Assembly: GCA_949300375.1 (NCBI GenBank)
Contig: CASGEB010000009.1
Span: 1 to 61,819 of the forward strand
DNA from: an uncultured Pseudomonadota bacterium
GTDB lineage: Bacteria; Pseudomonadota; Alphaproteobacteria; RF32; CAG-239
Direction of reading: 5' to 3'
DNA: 61,819 bases
Below the pieces are notes generated by a model. That model made no database searches, was not told the origin of the DNA, and saw only the letters and a list, made by a program, of their open reading frames with translations. Shown here piece by piece: positions 41,518-51,881 of the stretch; position 1 is the first letter of the stretch, and every line of letters begins with the position of its first letter. The translations under genes were made by a program, and so were the position numbers.

Positions 41518-42777
41518 ATGAGAAATTATAACACTATGCTACACATGAAACTAAACGCTGCGGTGTCGGTATTTTCTATCGCCGCTGCTTTCTCGGTCTT
41601 CCTCCCGCCCTCTAATGCCTATGGAGGAGTCTGTTTTTTGCCTGACTGTAATCTGGACGGCACCTCTTTTGATGACGTCAACTCCGATTCTTCCTGGTGT
41701 ATTGATAATGGCTACTATTTCACCTGTCCCGAAGGCACGGCTCCTGATTATTCTCAGACCTGCCCGCGTGACGAGAGCTACACCAAATGTTCCTCCGAGC
41801 AATGGTGCATTGACAACGGTTACACCAAAACCGCTCAATCCTGTTATGACCTCGGGCCGACCTGGTTCCCGCAAAACCTCTGTCCAAAAGGCTTTGACCT
41901 CTACAAATCCTGTGTCGAAGACACCGCTCAGGCCTGTGAGGACAAAGGCTATGTCAACAACTGTTCCCGTCCCGACAAGACCGAGATTTGTGAATGGGAT
42001 TCTTCTTTTGCCAAATGCTGCAACGATACCGAATCAAACGGATGTCCCGAGAACTCGAAAGTCTCAGGCTGTGAAGACGGCACGATTGTCGGACAGGACA
42101 CCTGCGGTTATGACTGTCATCAATGTTGTCAGACCTCCTGTCCGGCCGGTTATGCCTATACCGATGAAGAAACCTCCGGCGGCACGAGCGGATATATCAA
42201 AGACATGGCGAATGAAGACGATTACTGTCTGCACTGCACACGCGGCAAACTGTATAAACGGAAAGAAAACCCCTGTACCGGTTATGACCTCTGTTCGACT
42301 TATGGCGGGGTTGATAACGGGGATTATTGTTATACGGGGAATACGAAGAAATATTCGAAATGTCTGACCGAATGCCGGCCGGGATATATAGAATGGTGCG
42401 ACACGCCGGTCACCGATTGTGAGAAACTGGGCTATACGCAGACGGCGGCGGAATGTGCGAACGTGCCGGCTGTCGCCTGCCCGTTCAACGGGGATAAGTG
42501 GTATTGTAAAGATTACAGCAATGTCCCGACGAGCGGGCGCTGTTGCGGATATATTAACGATTGCGGATACAACGGAGAAACATCAAGTTCTTATGATTCT
42601 AATTGTCAAAGTTATTATGGCAGAAGTTGTTATGAACAGTGCAAGAGTTATGGATTCCCTGATTGTCCTGATATGCAGGCGAGCTGTCGAGCCTCAGGCG
42701 GTACCCCGGTCTTCGATGGTTGCAACTACGACGGCTACCCCACCAACGACTACCTCGCCTACTTCCTCTGCCAGTAG
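41518..42777 (+). CDS. Secreted cysteine-rich modular protein (long N-region + A + C)
   Basis: RBS ggggaggag; signal peptide nearly identical to that of the 9016 gene; C-module CCGY...GRSCYEQC...PDC...FLCQ*. Confidence 0.9.
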   Translation: MRNYNTMLHMKLNAAVSVFSIAAAFSVFLPPSNAYGGVCFLPDCNLDGTSFDDVNSDSSWCIDNGYYFTCPEGTAPDYSQTCPRDESYTKCSSEQWCIDNGYTKTAQSCYDLGPTWFPQNLCPKGFDLYKSCVEDTAQACEDKGYVNNCSRPDKTEICEWDSSFAKCCNDTESNGCPENSKVSGCEDGTIVGQDTCGYDCHQCCQTSCPAGYAYTDEETSGGTSGYIKDMANEDDYCLHCTRGKLYKRKENPCTGYDLCSTYGGVDNGDYCYTGNTKKYSKCLTECRPGYIEWCDTPVTDCEKLGYTQTAAECANVPAVACPFNGDKWYCKDYSNVPTSGRCCGYINDCGYNGETSSSYDSNCQSYYGRSCYEQCKSYGFPDCPDMQASCRASGGTPVFDGCNYDGYPTNDYLAYFLCQ

Positions 42778-42788
42778 TCGTCTCTGCC

Positions 42789-43019
42789 TGTCATTGCCGG
42801 GGGATTTCTTCTTTTGTCATTCTCGGGCTGCGACCCGAGAATCCAGATAAAAAAGAAGCCATATGATTGACCTGGATCCCCGGGTCAAGCCCGGGGATGA
42901 CAAATAAAAAAAAAGAGCCCGGGGATGAAGAAAGAAAAAAGAGAACCAGGGGCTGAAAAAATAAAAAGGTGCTTAGGAATGACAAATAAAAAAGTGCTTG
43001 GGATAACAGAATAGAAAAC
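42789..43019. repeat. Inverted REP doublet plus tandem degenerate half-units
   Basis: Full units at 42816-42845 and inverted 42873-42902; half-units start at 42789, 42917, 42945, 42971 and 42996. Confidence 0.8.
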
Positions 43020-43042
43020 GGCAATTAAAAAGGAGAAAAGTT

Positions 43043-43483
43043 ATGAGAAAAGGAATGTTGATAACCGTGGCGGGGATGGCTTTGTTAGCCGGAACTGCCG
43101 ATGTCCGGGCCGCTTGTATTCCGACGCAGGACTGCGCCAGCCTCGGCTATAAATACACCGCCGCACAATGCCCCGACGGCGCCATCGCCTGCCCCGATGA
43201 CAGCGGCTCCACCACCCCAGACCCGGCTCCTTCCGTCCCGACAAGCGGATATTGCTGCGGGTATACGACTTATTGCGGATATAGTGGAGGAACGTCAAGT
43301 TATAGTGACTCAAGCTGTCGTAGTTATTGGGGTAGAAGTTGTTATGAACAATGCAAGAGTTATGGATACCCTGATTGTACTGATATGCACGCCCGTTGTC
43401 GAGCCTCCGGCGGTACCCCGGTCTTCCAGGGTTGCACCAAGGGCTACAACACCAACTTCGTCGCCCTCTTCGCGTGCCAGTAG
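43043..43483 (+). CDS. Secreted cysteine-rich protein (truncated A + Pro/Thr linker + C)
   Basis: RBS aaggag; signal peptide ending ADVRA; CIPTQDCASLGY; C-module ending FACQ*. Confidence 0.9.
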   Translation: MRKGMLITVAGMALLAGTADVRAACIPTQDCASLGYKYTAAQCPDGAIACPDDSGSTTPDPAPSVPTSGYCCGYTTYCGYSGGTSSYSDSSCRSYWGRSCYEQCKSYGYPDCTDMHARCRASGGTPVFQGCTKGYNTNFVALFACQ

Positions 43484-43495
43484 TCGTCTCTGCCT

Positions 43496-43525
43496 GTCAT
43501 TGCCGGGCTGCGACCCGGCAATCCA
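43496..43525. repeat. REP-like palindrome
   Basis: gtcattgccgggctgcgacccggcaatcca. Confidence 0.85.
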
Positions 43526-43591
43526 GAAAGCCAATAAAGCCGATTTATTAATGTGAGTACCCGCCCGGAAAAAACCGGTCATTGATGTTTT

Positions 43592-44740
43592 TTAATCCGA
43601 TTTTCCGAGATTAACATTCCTGTTGATATGAACACACAAGATAATCCCGAAAGACGCCATCACCGATAAGATAACCGTTCCGCCGTAAGAAATCAGCGGC
43701 AGCGGAATTCCGACCACCGGCAGCAGCCCCAAAACCATTGCCGTATTAATACAAACATACAGGAAAAAGTTTGTCGCCAAACCGATTGCCACCAGTTTGC
43801 CGAAGTAGCTCGTACTGCGCAGCGCAAAAGCAAAGCTGTAAGCTATAATCAGCATATTCAGCAAAATCACAAACACGGCGCCGACCATTCCGAATTCCTC
43901 AGAAAGCATTGTAAAAATAAAGTCGGTATGTTTCTCCGGCAAAAAGTTCAAATGGCTCTGCGTTCCTTTCAAAAAGCCCTTACCGAACACACCGCCCGAA
44001 CCGAGCGCAATTTTAGACTGGATAATATGATACCCGGCGCCCAGCGGATCCCTTTCCGGATTCAAAAAGGTCAAAACGCGGTTTTGCTGATATTCCCGCA
44101 AAAAATGCCAGGCAACCGGCGCCATAATAACCGCACCTAAAAATACTGCGCCAAACTTCCACAGCTGCACACCGACCACAAAAAACATCGCCCCGGCCGT
44201 CATCAAAAGCATCATCGCCGTTCCCAAATCCGGCTGGGTCAAAACCAGAAAAGCCGGAAACAAGACCAGCAGCAGCGGCGGAATAATGCCGCGAACGGTC
44301 TCAATCGTCTGCAGAGGCGTTCCGTGAAAATACTTTGCCAAAGCCAAAACCAATGCGATTTTCATCAGCTCGGACGGCTGCAGATTAAAAAACTTCAGAT
44401 TAATCCAGCGCTGCGCCCCCATGCCGACATGCCCCATCACTTCCACATAAATCAACAAAAGCAGCACAATAAAATAAAAGAAATAAGCATAACGCAGCAA
44501 ATATTTAATATTAATCATCGCCAGAAAAATCATCAGCCCGAAAGCCACGCAGAACCGCAACAGATGTTTCAGCGCCCACTGATTCCAATCCCCGTTTGCC
44601 GCCGAATAGAGCATAATCACGCCGACCGAAACCAAAAGCACAATAAACAAAATATAAGAAAAGCTTAAGTTAAAAAACTTCTCTTTCAAGGACATACTCT
44701 GATTTCTGATACTTGTTTCATAAAATTTATACATCGGCAA
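43592..44740 (-). CDS. rodA: Rod shape-determining protein RodA
   Basis: GAQRWI, QPSE, QPDLGT, LPEKHTDFIF, PLISYGG; follows mrdA. Confidence 0.95.
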   Translation of the reverse strand: MPMYKFYETSIRNQSMSLKEKFFNLSFSYILFIVLLVSVGVIMLYSAANGDWNQWALKHLLRFCVAFGLMIFLAMINIKYLLRYAYFFYFIVLLLLIYVEVMGHVGMGAQRWINLKFFNLQPSELMKIALVLALAKYFHGTPLQTIETVRGIIPPLLLVLFPAFLVLTQPDLGTAMMLLMTAGAMFFVVGVQLWKFGAVFLGAVIMAPVAWHFLREYQQNRVLTFLNPERDPLGAGYHIIQSKIALGSGGVFGKGFLKGTQSHLNFLPEKHTDFIFTMLSEEFGMVGAVFVILLNMLIIAYSFAFALRSTSYFGKLVAIGLATNFFLYVCINTAMVLGLLPVVGIPLPLISYGGTVILSVMASFGIILCVHINRNVNLGKSD

Positions 44741-44743
44741 ATC

Positions 44744-46567
44744 CTATTCTATCACCTTTTTAACCGGGTCGAGCTTTAGCGCCTCCTGCAAAAGTTTGCT
44801 GGCTATCGGCGCCGCCACGGAAGAACCGCCGCCGCCGTGTTCCACCAGAACCACAACGGCATATTTCGGATTGTTATGCGGAGCATAGCCGACAAACAAC
44901 GCATGGTTTCTGAGCCGCCAGGGCAGTTCGCTTTCTTTCAAAATACCGGTCTGACGTTCTTTCAGGGAGATGCGCCGCACCTGGGTTGTTCCGGTTTTGC
45001 CGCCCATTTTCATCCCGTTATAATCAAAACGTGACATATAGGCCGTTCCGCCGGGAACATTCACCACGTTAAACATTCCTTCTTTCACGATATCAAGATA
45101 AGTCGGCGACAAGTTGATTTTCTTGATATTCTTCTGTTCTTCCTCGCTCACGCGCAAAAATGTCGGCTTAACCTCATAACCGCCGTTTACCAGCCGGGCC
45201 ATCATCGTTACCAACTGCAGCGGCGTTGTCAGAATATATCCCTGCCCAATGCCGGAAATCAGTGTTTCTCCCGGATGCCATGGTTCTTTATAACGTTTTT
45301 GTTTCCAGGCCTTATCCGGAATCAGACCGGCTTTTTCATTATCCAGCCCGATGCCGATTTTCTCCCCCAACCCGAGGCGGCGGGCCATATCGGCAATTTT
45401 CTCAATTCCGACCTTTTGCGCCGTTTCATAAAAGAAAATATCGCAGGAATGCTGCAAAGCCTGCACCACATCCAAATAGCCGTGCCCGGAATGTTTCCAG
45501 CAGTGGAACGGATGCGACCCCAAAAACATTTTTCCGGCGCAGAAAAAGCGCGTTTCCGGTTTAATCGCACCGGACTCCAACCCGGCAAGCGCAACAATCA
45601 TCTTAAAAGTCGAGCCCGGAGAATACTGCCCGGCAATCACTTTATTGGTCAGCGGATGGCGTTCGTTATTAAGCAAAGCTTTCCAATCATCGTTGCTGAT
45701 TCCGGTTACCATCAGATTCGGGTCATAAGACGGCGTTGAAACAAAAGCCAAAATCTCACCGTTATGAACATCCATCAACACAACCGCGCCGCTTTCTTCT
45801 CCCAAAAGCTCAAAAGCTTTTGACTGCAGCCGGGCATCAATGCTCAAATCGACCCTTTCGCCCAAAACACCGTCATTTTTCTCAATCTCTTTCATCACCC
45901 GGCCATAGGCGTTAACTTCCAGTTTTTGGTTGCCGCCCCTGCCGCGCAGACGTTTTTCAAAAAACTTCTCAATCCCTGCTTTGCCGATTTTAAAACCGGG
46001 AACTTCCAACAACGGATCATCTTTCACGTCACTGTCCGAAACTGATGACACATACCCGAGCAGATGCGTCATTTTTTCGCCGAAAGGATAATAACGCGAC
46101 AAGCCCTCATCAATCACAATCCCCGGCAGGCTCGGCGCATTAAGCTGGATTCTCGCCACTTCTTCCCAGGTCAGATTATCTTTGATTTTAATCGGCACAA
46201 AGCTTCTTTTCCGTTTCAGCTCCTTTTTGATTTTTTCCTCTTCCGCTTCAGTCAACGGCATAATTTTCTTAAACGCGTCTAAAGTTTCCTGCACATTCGG
46301 CGTCTGTTCCGCCACAATAGAAACCTGAAAATTCTGCCGGTTAGACGCCAGATGTTCCTGATTCCGGTCATAAATAATCCCACGCGGCGGAATCAGCAAG
46401 CGGGTACTGATTCGGTTTTCATCCGCCAGCATTTTGTATTTATCGGCCTGATACACCTGCAAATAATAGAGCCGCCCGATAATAATCATAAACATCACAA
46501 ACTCCGCCGCTGCCAAAATCAGCGACCGTTTGATTAAAACCTTCCCTTTATCATTATCCCGGTTCAT
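44744..46567 (-). CDS. mrdA: Penicillin-binding protein 2
   Basis: PGSTFK (SxxK), SCD, KTGT; mre context. Confidence 0.95.
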   Translation of the reverse strand: MNRDNDKGKVLIKRSLILAAAEFVMFMIIIGRLYYLQVYQADKYKMLADENRISTRLLIPPRGIIYDRNQEHLASNRQNFQVSIVAEQTPNVQETLDAFKKIMPLTEAEEEKIKKELKRKRSFVPIKIKDNLTWEEVARIQLNAPSLPGIVIDEGLSRYYPFGEKMTHLLGYVSSVSDSDVKDDPLLEVPGFKIGKAGIEKFFEKRLRGRGGNQKLEVNAYGRVMKEIEKNDGVLGERVDLSIDARLQSKAFELLGEESGAVVLMDVHNGEILAFVSTPSYDPNLMVTGISNDDWKALLNNERHPLTNKVIAGQYSPGSTFKMIVALAGLESGAIKPETRFFCAGKMFLGSHPFHCWKHSGHGYLDVVQALQHSCDIFFYETAQKVGIEKIADMARRLGLGEKIGIGLDNEKAGLIPDKAWKQKRYKEPWHPGETLISGIGQGYILTTPLQLVTMMARLVNGGYEVKPTFLRVSEEEQKNIKKINLSPTYLDIVKEGMFNVVNVPGGTAYMSRFDYNGMKMGGKTGTTQVRRISLKERQTGILKESELPWRLRNHALFVGYAPHNNPKYAVVVLVEHGGGGSSVAAPIASKLLQEALKLDPVKKVIE

Positions 46568-46569
46568 GC

Positions 46570-47106
46570 CTATTCCTCATCCGCAATCATATTATTCTGC
46601 ACAAAAGCCAGTATCAGGCTCAAAAACGGATACACGGCCACAGTAAACATAAAACTGAAAAACACAATCGAAAACGGCAGAAATTGTGCATAATAAATCG
46701 ACAAGACCAGCCACTTGGTAATAAAGGCCGCAAAAGACATAATTATAAAACCATACCAGGTAATGACAAACGGCTTGCCGTTAAAAAAGCGGATCAGGCT
46801 GTTTAACAGCACATAAAGCACCAACATCGAAAAAATATTGGCGCCGAACGGCACGTTGCTGATAATATCATCCACCAGCCCCAAAAAATAAACCGAAAGC
46901 AGATTAAACAAATCCGGCCGGTGAATCAGCCAATAATAAACACAAACAAAACCGATTGCCGGACGAATATTATAAACCGGAAAAAGATCCAGCGGCGTAT
47001 AAGAGATGAACAACAGAAGCAGCGACGAAATAAGCGGCAGCAGCCTCTGCAAATAAGACATCAAATTTTCGTTCCAATCATCAAGCATGCTTTTTCCGCG
47101 CCGCAT
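46570..47106 (-). CDS. mreD: Rod shape-determining protein MreD
   Basis: Polytopic membrane ORF (YYWLIHRPD, LGLVDD) between mreC and mrdA; alternative start at 47088. Confidence 0.85.
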   Translation of the reverse strand: MRRGKSMLDDWNENLMSYLQRLLPLISSLLLLFISYTPLDLFPVYNIRPAIGFVCVYYWLIHRPDLFNLLSVYFLGLVDDIISNVPFGANIFSMLVLYVLLNSLIRFFNGKPFVITWYGFIIMSFAAFITKWLVLSIYYAQFLPFSIVFFSFMFTVAVYPFLSLILAFVQNNMIADEE

Positions 47107-47951
47107 TAATCAATTAAAACTTCATCCAGATTATAATCCACCAGCTTAATATATTCCAATCGGTCAAGATTGCTGAAAGTCGAAACTTTCACGTTATTTT
47201 TCTCAATCGAACTGATACGCCCGATTGGAAGCCCTGCCGGAAAAACGCCGGCAACGCCGGAAGTAACAATTCTGTCGCCGACCGAAAGCTCTGCCTCCAG
47301 CGGAATAAAAATCATTTTCGGATAAGGCGTATTATCGCCGGATAAAATTCCGCGCACCCGCGTCCGTTCAACCATCACCGGGATTTTCGAGTTGATATCG
47401 GTAATCAGGATAATTTTGGAATACATTTCGCCGACTTTGTCGATTCTGCCGACCACGCCCTTATCGCTCAGGGCAACCTGCCCTTTTTTCACCTTATTGA
47501 TATGCCCGGTATATGCAATCAGCGAATGAGAAAAAGCATCGCCTTCTTCGGCAATAACCCGCGCCGTCACATATTTGGCTTCCGGCGGCGGCGTATAATT
47601 GAGCATATTGGCCAGCAGATTGTTTTCAATTTCCAGCGCCTTTGCCCGATCCAAAATCCCCATCAGATATCTGTTCTCATCCCGTAGTTTTTTATTATCC
47701 GTCCTGATTTGCTTCAATTCTTTAAAATAATCATAAACGCCGGCAACCGCCCTGGCCGGAACGACAAAGACATCAATAACCGGACTCAGAATATCCGTAA
47801 CGACCGATGATGTTTTTTCAATCAAAATCGTGTCGGTTTTATTAATCAGCATCAAAATAAAAGCCGATAAAAACAACAATACCAGCGCAAACTTTTTCGC
47901 CAGTTTCCTGATATTGCTAAAATGGATAAACAAGCTTTTCCGCCGTTTCAT
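47106..47951 (-). CDS. mreC: Rod shape-determining protein MreC
   Basis: TM, coiled coil, GVVGRI, VTSGVAGVFPAGLPIG. Confidence 0.93.
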   Translation of the reverse strand: MKRRKSLFIHFSNIRKLAKKFALVLLFLSAFILMLINKTDTILIEKTSSVVTDILSPVIDVFVVPARAVAGVYDYFKELKQIRTDNKKLRDENRYLMGILDRAKALEIENNLLANMLNYTPPPEAKYVTARVIAEEGDAFSHSLIAYTGHINKVKKGQVALSDKGVVGRIDKVGEMYSKIILITDINSKIPVMVERTRVRGILSGDNTPYPKMIFIPLEAELSVGDRIVTSGVAGVFPAGLPIGRISSIEKNNVKVSTFSNLDRLEYIKLVDYNLDEVLID

Positions 47952-48039
47952 AACCGCCTTTCAATCTGATGGTAAAAAAACAAAGGGCTGCCGGTCAGAT
48001 GCTGCCTTGCACCTTTCCGGCCCCTTTGCATAATCAAAA

Positions 48040-49080
<1,041 letters not shown>

Positions 49081-49182
49081 TTAGATTTTCTCCACAAAAA
49101 AGATTTCACAAAATTTTGTTATTGCCATAATTTTTATAACTATAACGAATTTTATGCAACAGCTTATCTTTATTTTTTAACA

Positions 49183-50115
49183 TTAATTAACAATTTTTTT
49201 AACGACGGAAACATCGCCGTCATAGCAATGGTCCAAAATAATCCGGGCAGCCAGTTTGTTTGCAAACCATGTCCGCTGGCGCTTGGCATACTGCCTGCTG
49301 TGCAGTTTGGCTTTTTCAACTGCCTCTTTTTTGGAACACTGCCCTTTCAGATAAGCCAGCAGTTCCGGAACGCCGAGCGCACGCATCGCCGGCAGCTTGT
49401 TGTTATATTTTTTTGCATAAATATTTTCAGCCTCTTCCAAAGCTCCTGCCTCCATCATCTTGTCAAAACGGCAAAAGCAGCGTTCGTCAAGTTCTTCCTG
49501 CGGCGGTAATATTTTCACCACGGTAAATTCGGCGTCGGGCAGCACTTTTTTCATCGGAAGCTTGTGCCATTCGCTCAGCGTTTTTCCTGTATCAAGCCAG
49601 ACTTCATAAGCACGCCGCACCCTCGTTGTGTCATTGCGGTTCAGCCGCGCCGCCGCTTCGGCATCAACTTCCGCCAGTTTGGCGTGCAAAGCCTGAACGC
49701 CGTCGGTTTCCAGCATTTCCATAACTTTTTGGCGAACTTCAGGCTTGGTCTCGGGGATTGGCGTCGTGCCGTTAATCAGATTGTCGATATACAGTCCCGT
49801 CCCGCCGACAACGACCGGCGTTTTTCCTTCTTTCCAGGCTTTTCTGATTTCTTCTGCCGCCAGATTAAGCCATTCCACAACCGATCCGCTTTTTTCAATT
49901 CCCCAAATTTCATAAAGCCGGTGCGGCACGATTTTTTTGTCCCGGTCATCCGGACAAGCCGACAACAACGGCGTACAATTATAAACCTGCTGAGAGTCGG
50001 CGTTAATAACCACGCCGTCCGCAGCTCTGGCCACGTCAATCGCCAGCTGCGACTTTCCGGAAGCCGTCGGCCCGGCAATAACAATAACCCTGCGTTTCTC
50101 TTGCTTTGCGCTCAT
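49183..50115 (-). CDS. miaA: tRNA dimethylallyltransferase
   Basis: GPTASGKS, NADSQQVY, GGTGLY, YAKRQRTWF. Confidence 0.95.
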   Translation of the reverse strand: MSAKQEKRRVIVIAGPTASGKSQLAIDVARAADGVVINADSQQVYNCTPLLSACPDDRDKKIVPHRLYEIWGIEKSGSVVEWLNLAAEEIRKAWKEGKTPVVVGGTGLYIDNLINGTTPIPETKPEVRQKVMEMLETDGVQALHAKLAEVDAEAAARLNRNDTTRVRRAYEVWLDTGKTLSEWHKLPMKKVLPDAEFTVVKILPPQEELDERCFCRFDKMMEAGALEEAENIYAKKYNNKLPAMRALGVPELLAYLKGQCSKKEAVEKAKLHSRQYAKRQRTWFANKLAARIILDHCYDGDVSVVKKIVN

Positions 50116-51033
50116 TTACCCTCTCTGCATTTTCCGGCAGCCGGCATCTTCAACCAGCATGGCACAAAGCTGCTCATAAGAAATCCCGGCATATTTCGCC
50201 TGTTCCGGAACCAGGGAAAGCGGCGTCAACCCCGGATGGGTATTGACTTCCAGAAAGACCACGCCGTCCGCCGGATTATAACGGAAATCACAGCGAGAAA
50301 CCGTCCAGCAGCCTAATGTCCTGTGCACAATCTCGGCATACCGTTTGCAGGTTTCGGCAACATCTTCCGGAATTTCCGCCGGCAGAATATGCTCGGTTGC
50401 CCCGTTGGTATATTTGGCATGATAATCATAAAAATTAACTTTCGGACGCAGTTCCGTAACAACATAGGCCTTGCCCTGCAAACACATACAGGTCAGTTCT
50501 TTGCCGTCAATAAACCGCTCAACCATTACCTCTGTTTCGTCATTATCATACACGGCGGCATCAGCATCTTCCGGCTTCCGGATAATATAAACACCGACGC
50601 TGGAACCGTCCGAAACCGGTTTAACCACATACGGCATCGGAAGATCCTTGGCCAGCTGCTTAAAAGTTCCGGCTTTCATCTTATCCCCCTGCACAACCTT
50701 GACCCCGGCCTGAGAAACCAGCATCTTGGTCAGAACTTTGTTCATTCCGATTGCCGAAGCCAGCATCCCGGAATGTGTATACGGAACCTGCAGCATATCC
50801 AACAGCGCCTGTATCTCCCCGTCTTCTCCCCAATTGCCGTGCAGGGCATTAAACACGACATCCGGTTTTTCGGCGTTCAGCACCCTGATAAATTCGGCCG
50901 TGTCTTTCAGATCATGGCAAACAATCTCATAACCGCCGTTTTTCAAAGCTTCGGCCACGCCTTGCCCGCTGACCAGACTAACTTCCCTTTCCGCGGAAAA
51001 GCCGCCGCTCAGCACCAAAACTTTTTTGCTCAT
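50116..51033 (-). CDS. ddl: D-alanine--D-alanine ligase
   Basis: GGFSAEREVS, LHGNWGEDG, GSSVG, EVNTHPG. Confidence 0.95.
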   Translation of the reverse strand: MSKKVLVLSGGFSAEREVSLVSGQGVAEALKNGGYEIVCHDLKDTAEFIRVLNAEKPDVVFNALHGNWGEDGEIQALLDMLQVPYTHSGMLASAIGMNKVLTKMLVSQAGVKVVQGDKMKAGTFKQLAKDLPMPYVVKPVSDGSSVGVYIIRKPEDADAAVYDNDETEVMVERFIDGKELTCMCLQGKAYVVTELRPKVNFYDYHAKYTNGATEHILPAEIPEDVAETCKRYAEIVHRTLGCWTVSRCDFRYNPADGVVFLEVNTHPGLTPLSLVPEQAKYAGISYEQLCAMLVEDAGCRKMQRG

Positions 51034-51100
51034 TTTTTTATTCCCTTTCTGAAAATTTATGTTATTCTACGCAAAAATGTTTTAAGAAAGACTAACACAG

Positions 51101-51880
51101 ATGAAAAAATTTTGCCTGGTTTCCTTGTTTTTGCTGCTGTTTTCTTTTCAGGCGCAGGCAGCAGCCGTACAACATAACTTTACGGTATTTCTCGGGCCTT
51201 TCAACGCCGGAAAAACACGTTTCAGCTATTTTCTGACGCCCCAAGATTACAGCGTCCGGTCCATCGTTAAAACAGCCGGAATTTTTGATACATTATATCC
51301 GTTCAGGGCTGAATACGCCACAACCGGAAAAATTGACGGCAAAGATATGGAAACCTCAAGCTACAAATACAAATCTCAAAGCCGTTTCACCTCCCGACGC
51401 AAAGAGCTGGTTTATGACGAACACGGCAATCCTGTCTTCCGCATCAGTGCAAAAAATAACAAAGTAAAAAAAGTAGAAATCCAACCGTCGCCGGACAACA
51501 AAGATACGACTGATCTTCAAACCGTTATTGCCGAGCTTGCCCTGCAATACAACAAAACCAAAAGCTGCAATGCCCGCATGCAGGTTTTTGACGGCAAACG
51601 CCGCTTTGACACCATATTCAAAGACGAAGGAACGGAAGAAATCAGCGCCAACGAATATTCGCCCTATGCCGGCACGGCGCACAAATGTTCAATGTACATT
51701 GACAAGCTCCTAAACGACGGCGATGATCTGTTATGGGAACTGACTTCCGAAAAACCGATTATCTTTTGGATTTTGGAAGATAAGGAAAGCAAACTTCCGT
51801 TCATTGCCCGGGTCGAGGTTGAAGACACGCCGTTGGGCAGATTGCTGGCTTATACGCAAACTATTCAGACAGAGAAATAA
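51101..51880 (+). CDS. Exported protein, DUF3108-like
   Basis: Signal peptide ending AQA; VFDGKRRFD motif; family assignment from recall only. Confidence 0.6.
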   Translation: MKKFCLVSLFLLLFSFQAQAAAVQHNFTVFLGPFNAGKTRFSYFLTPQDYSVRSIVKTAGIFDTLYPFRAEYATTGKIDGKDMETSSYKYKSQSRFTSRRKELVYDEHGNPVFRISAKNNKVKKVEIQPSPDNKDTTDLQTVIAELALQYNKTKSCNARMQVFDGKRRFDTIFKDEGTEEISANEYSPYAGTAHKCSMYIDKLLNDGDDLLWELTSEKPIIFWILEDKESKLPFIARVEVEDTPLGRLLAYTQTIQTEK

Positions 51881-51881
51881 A

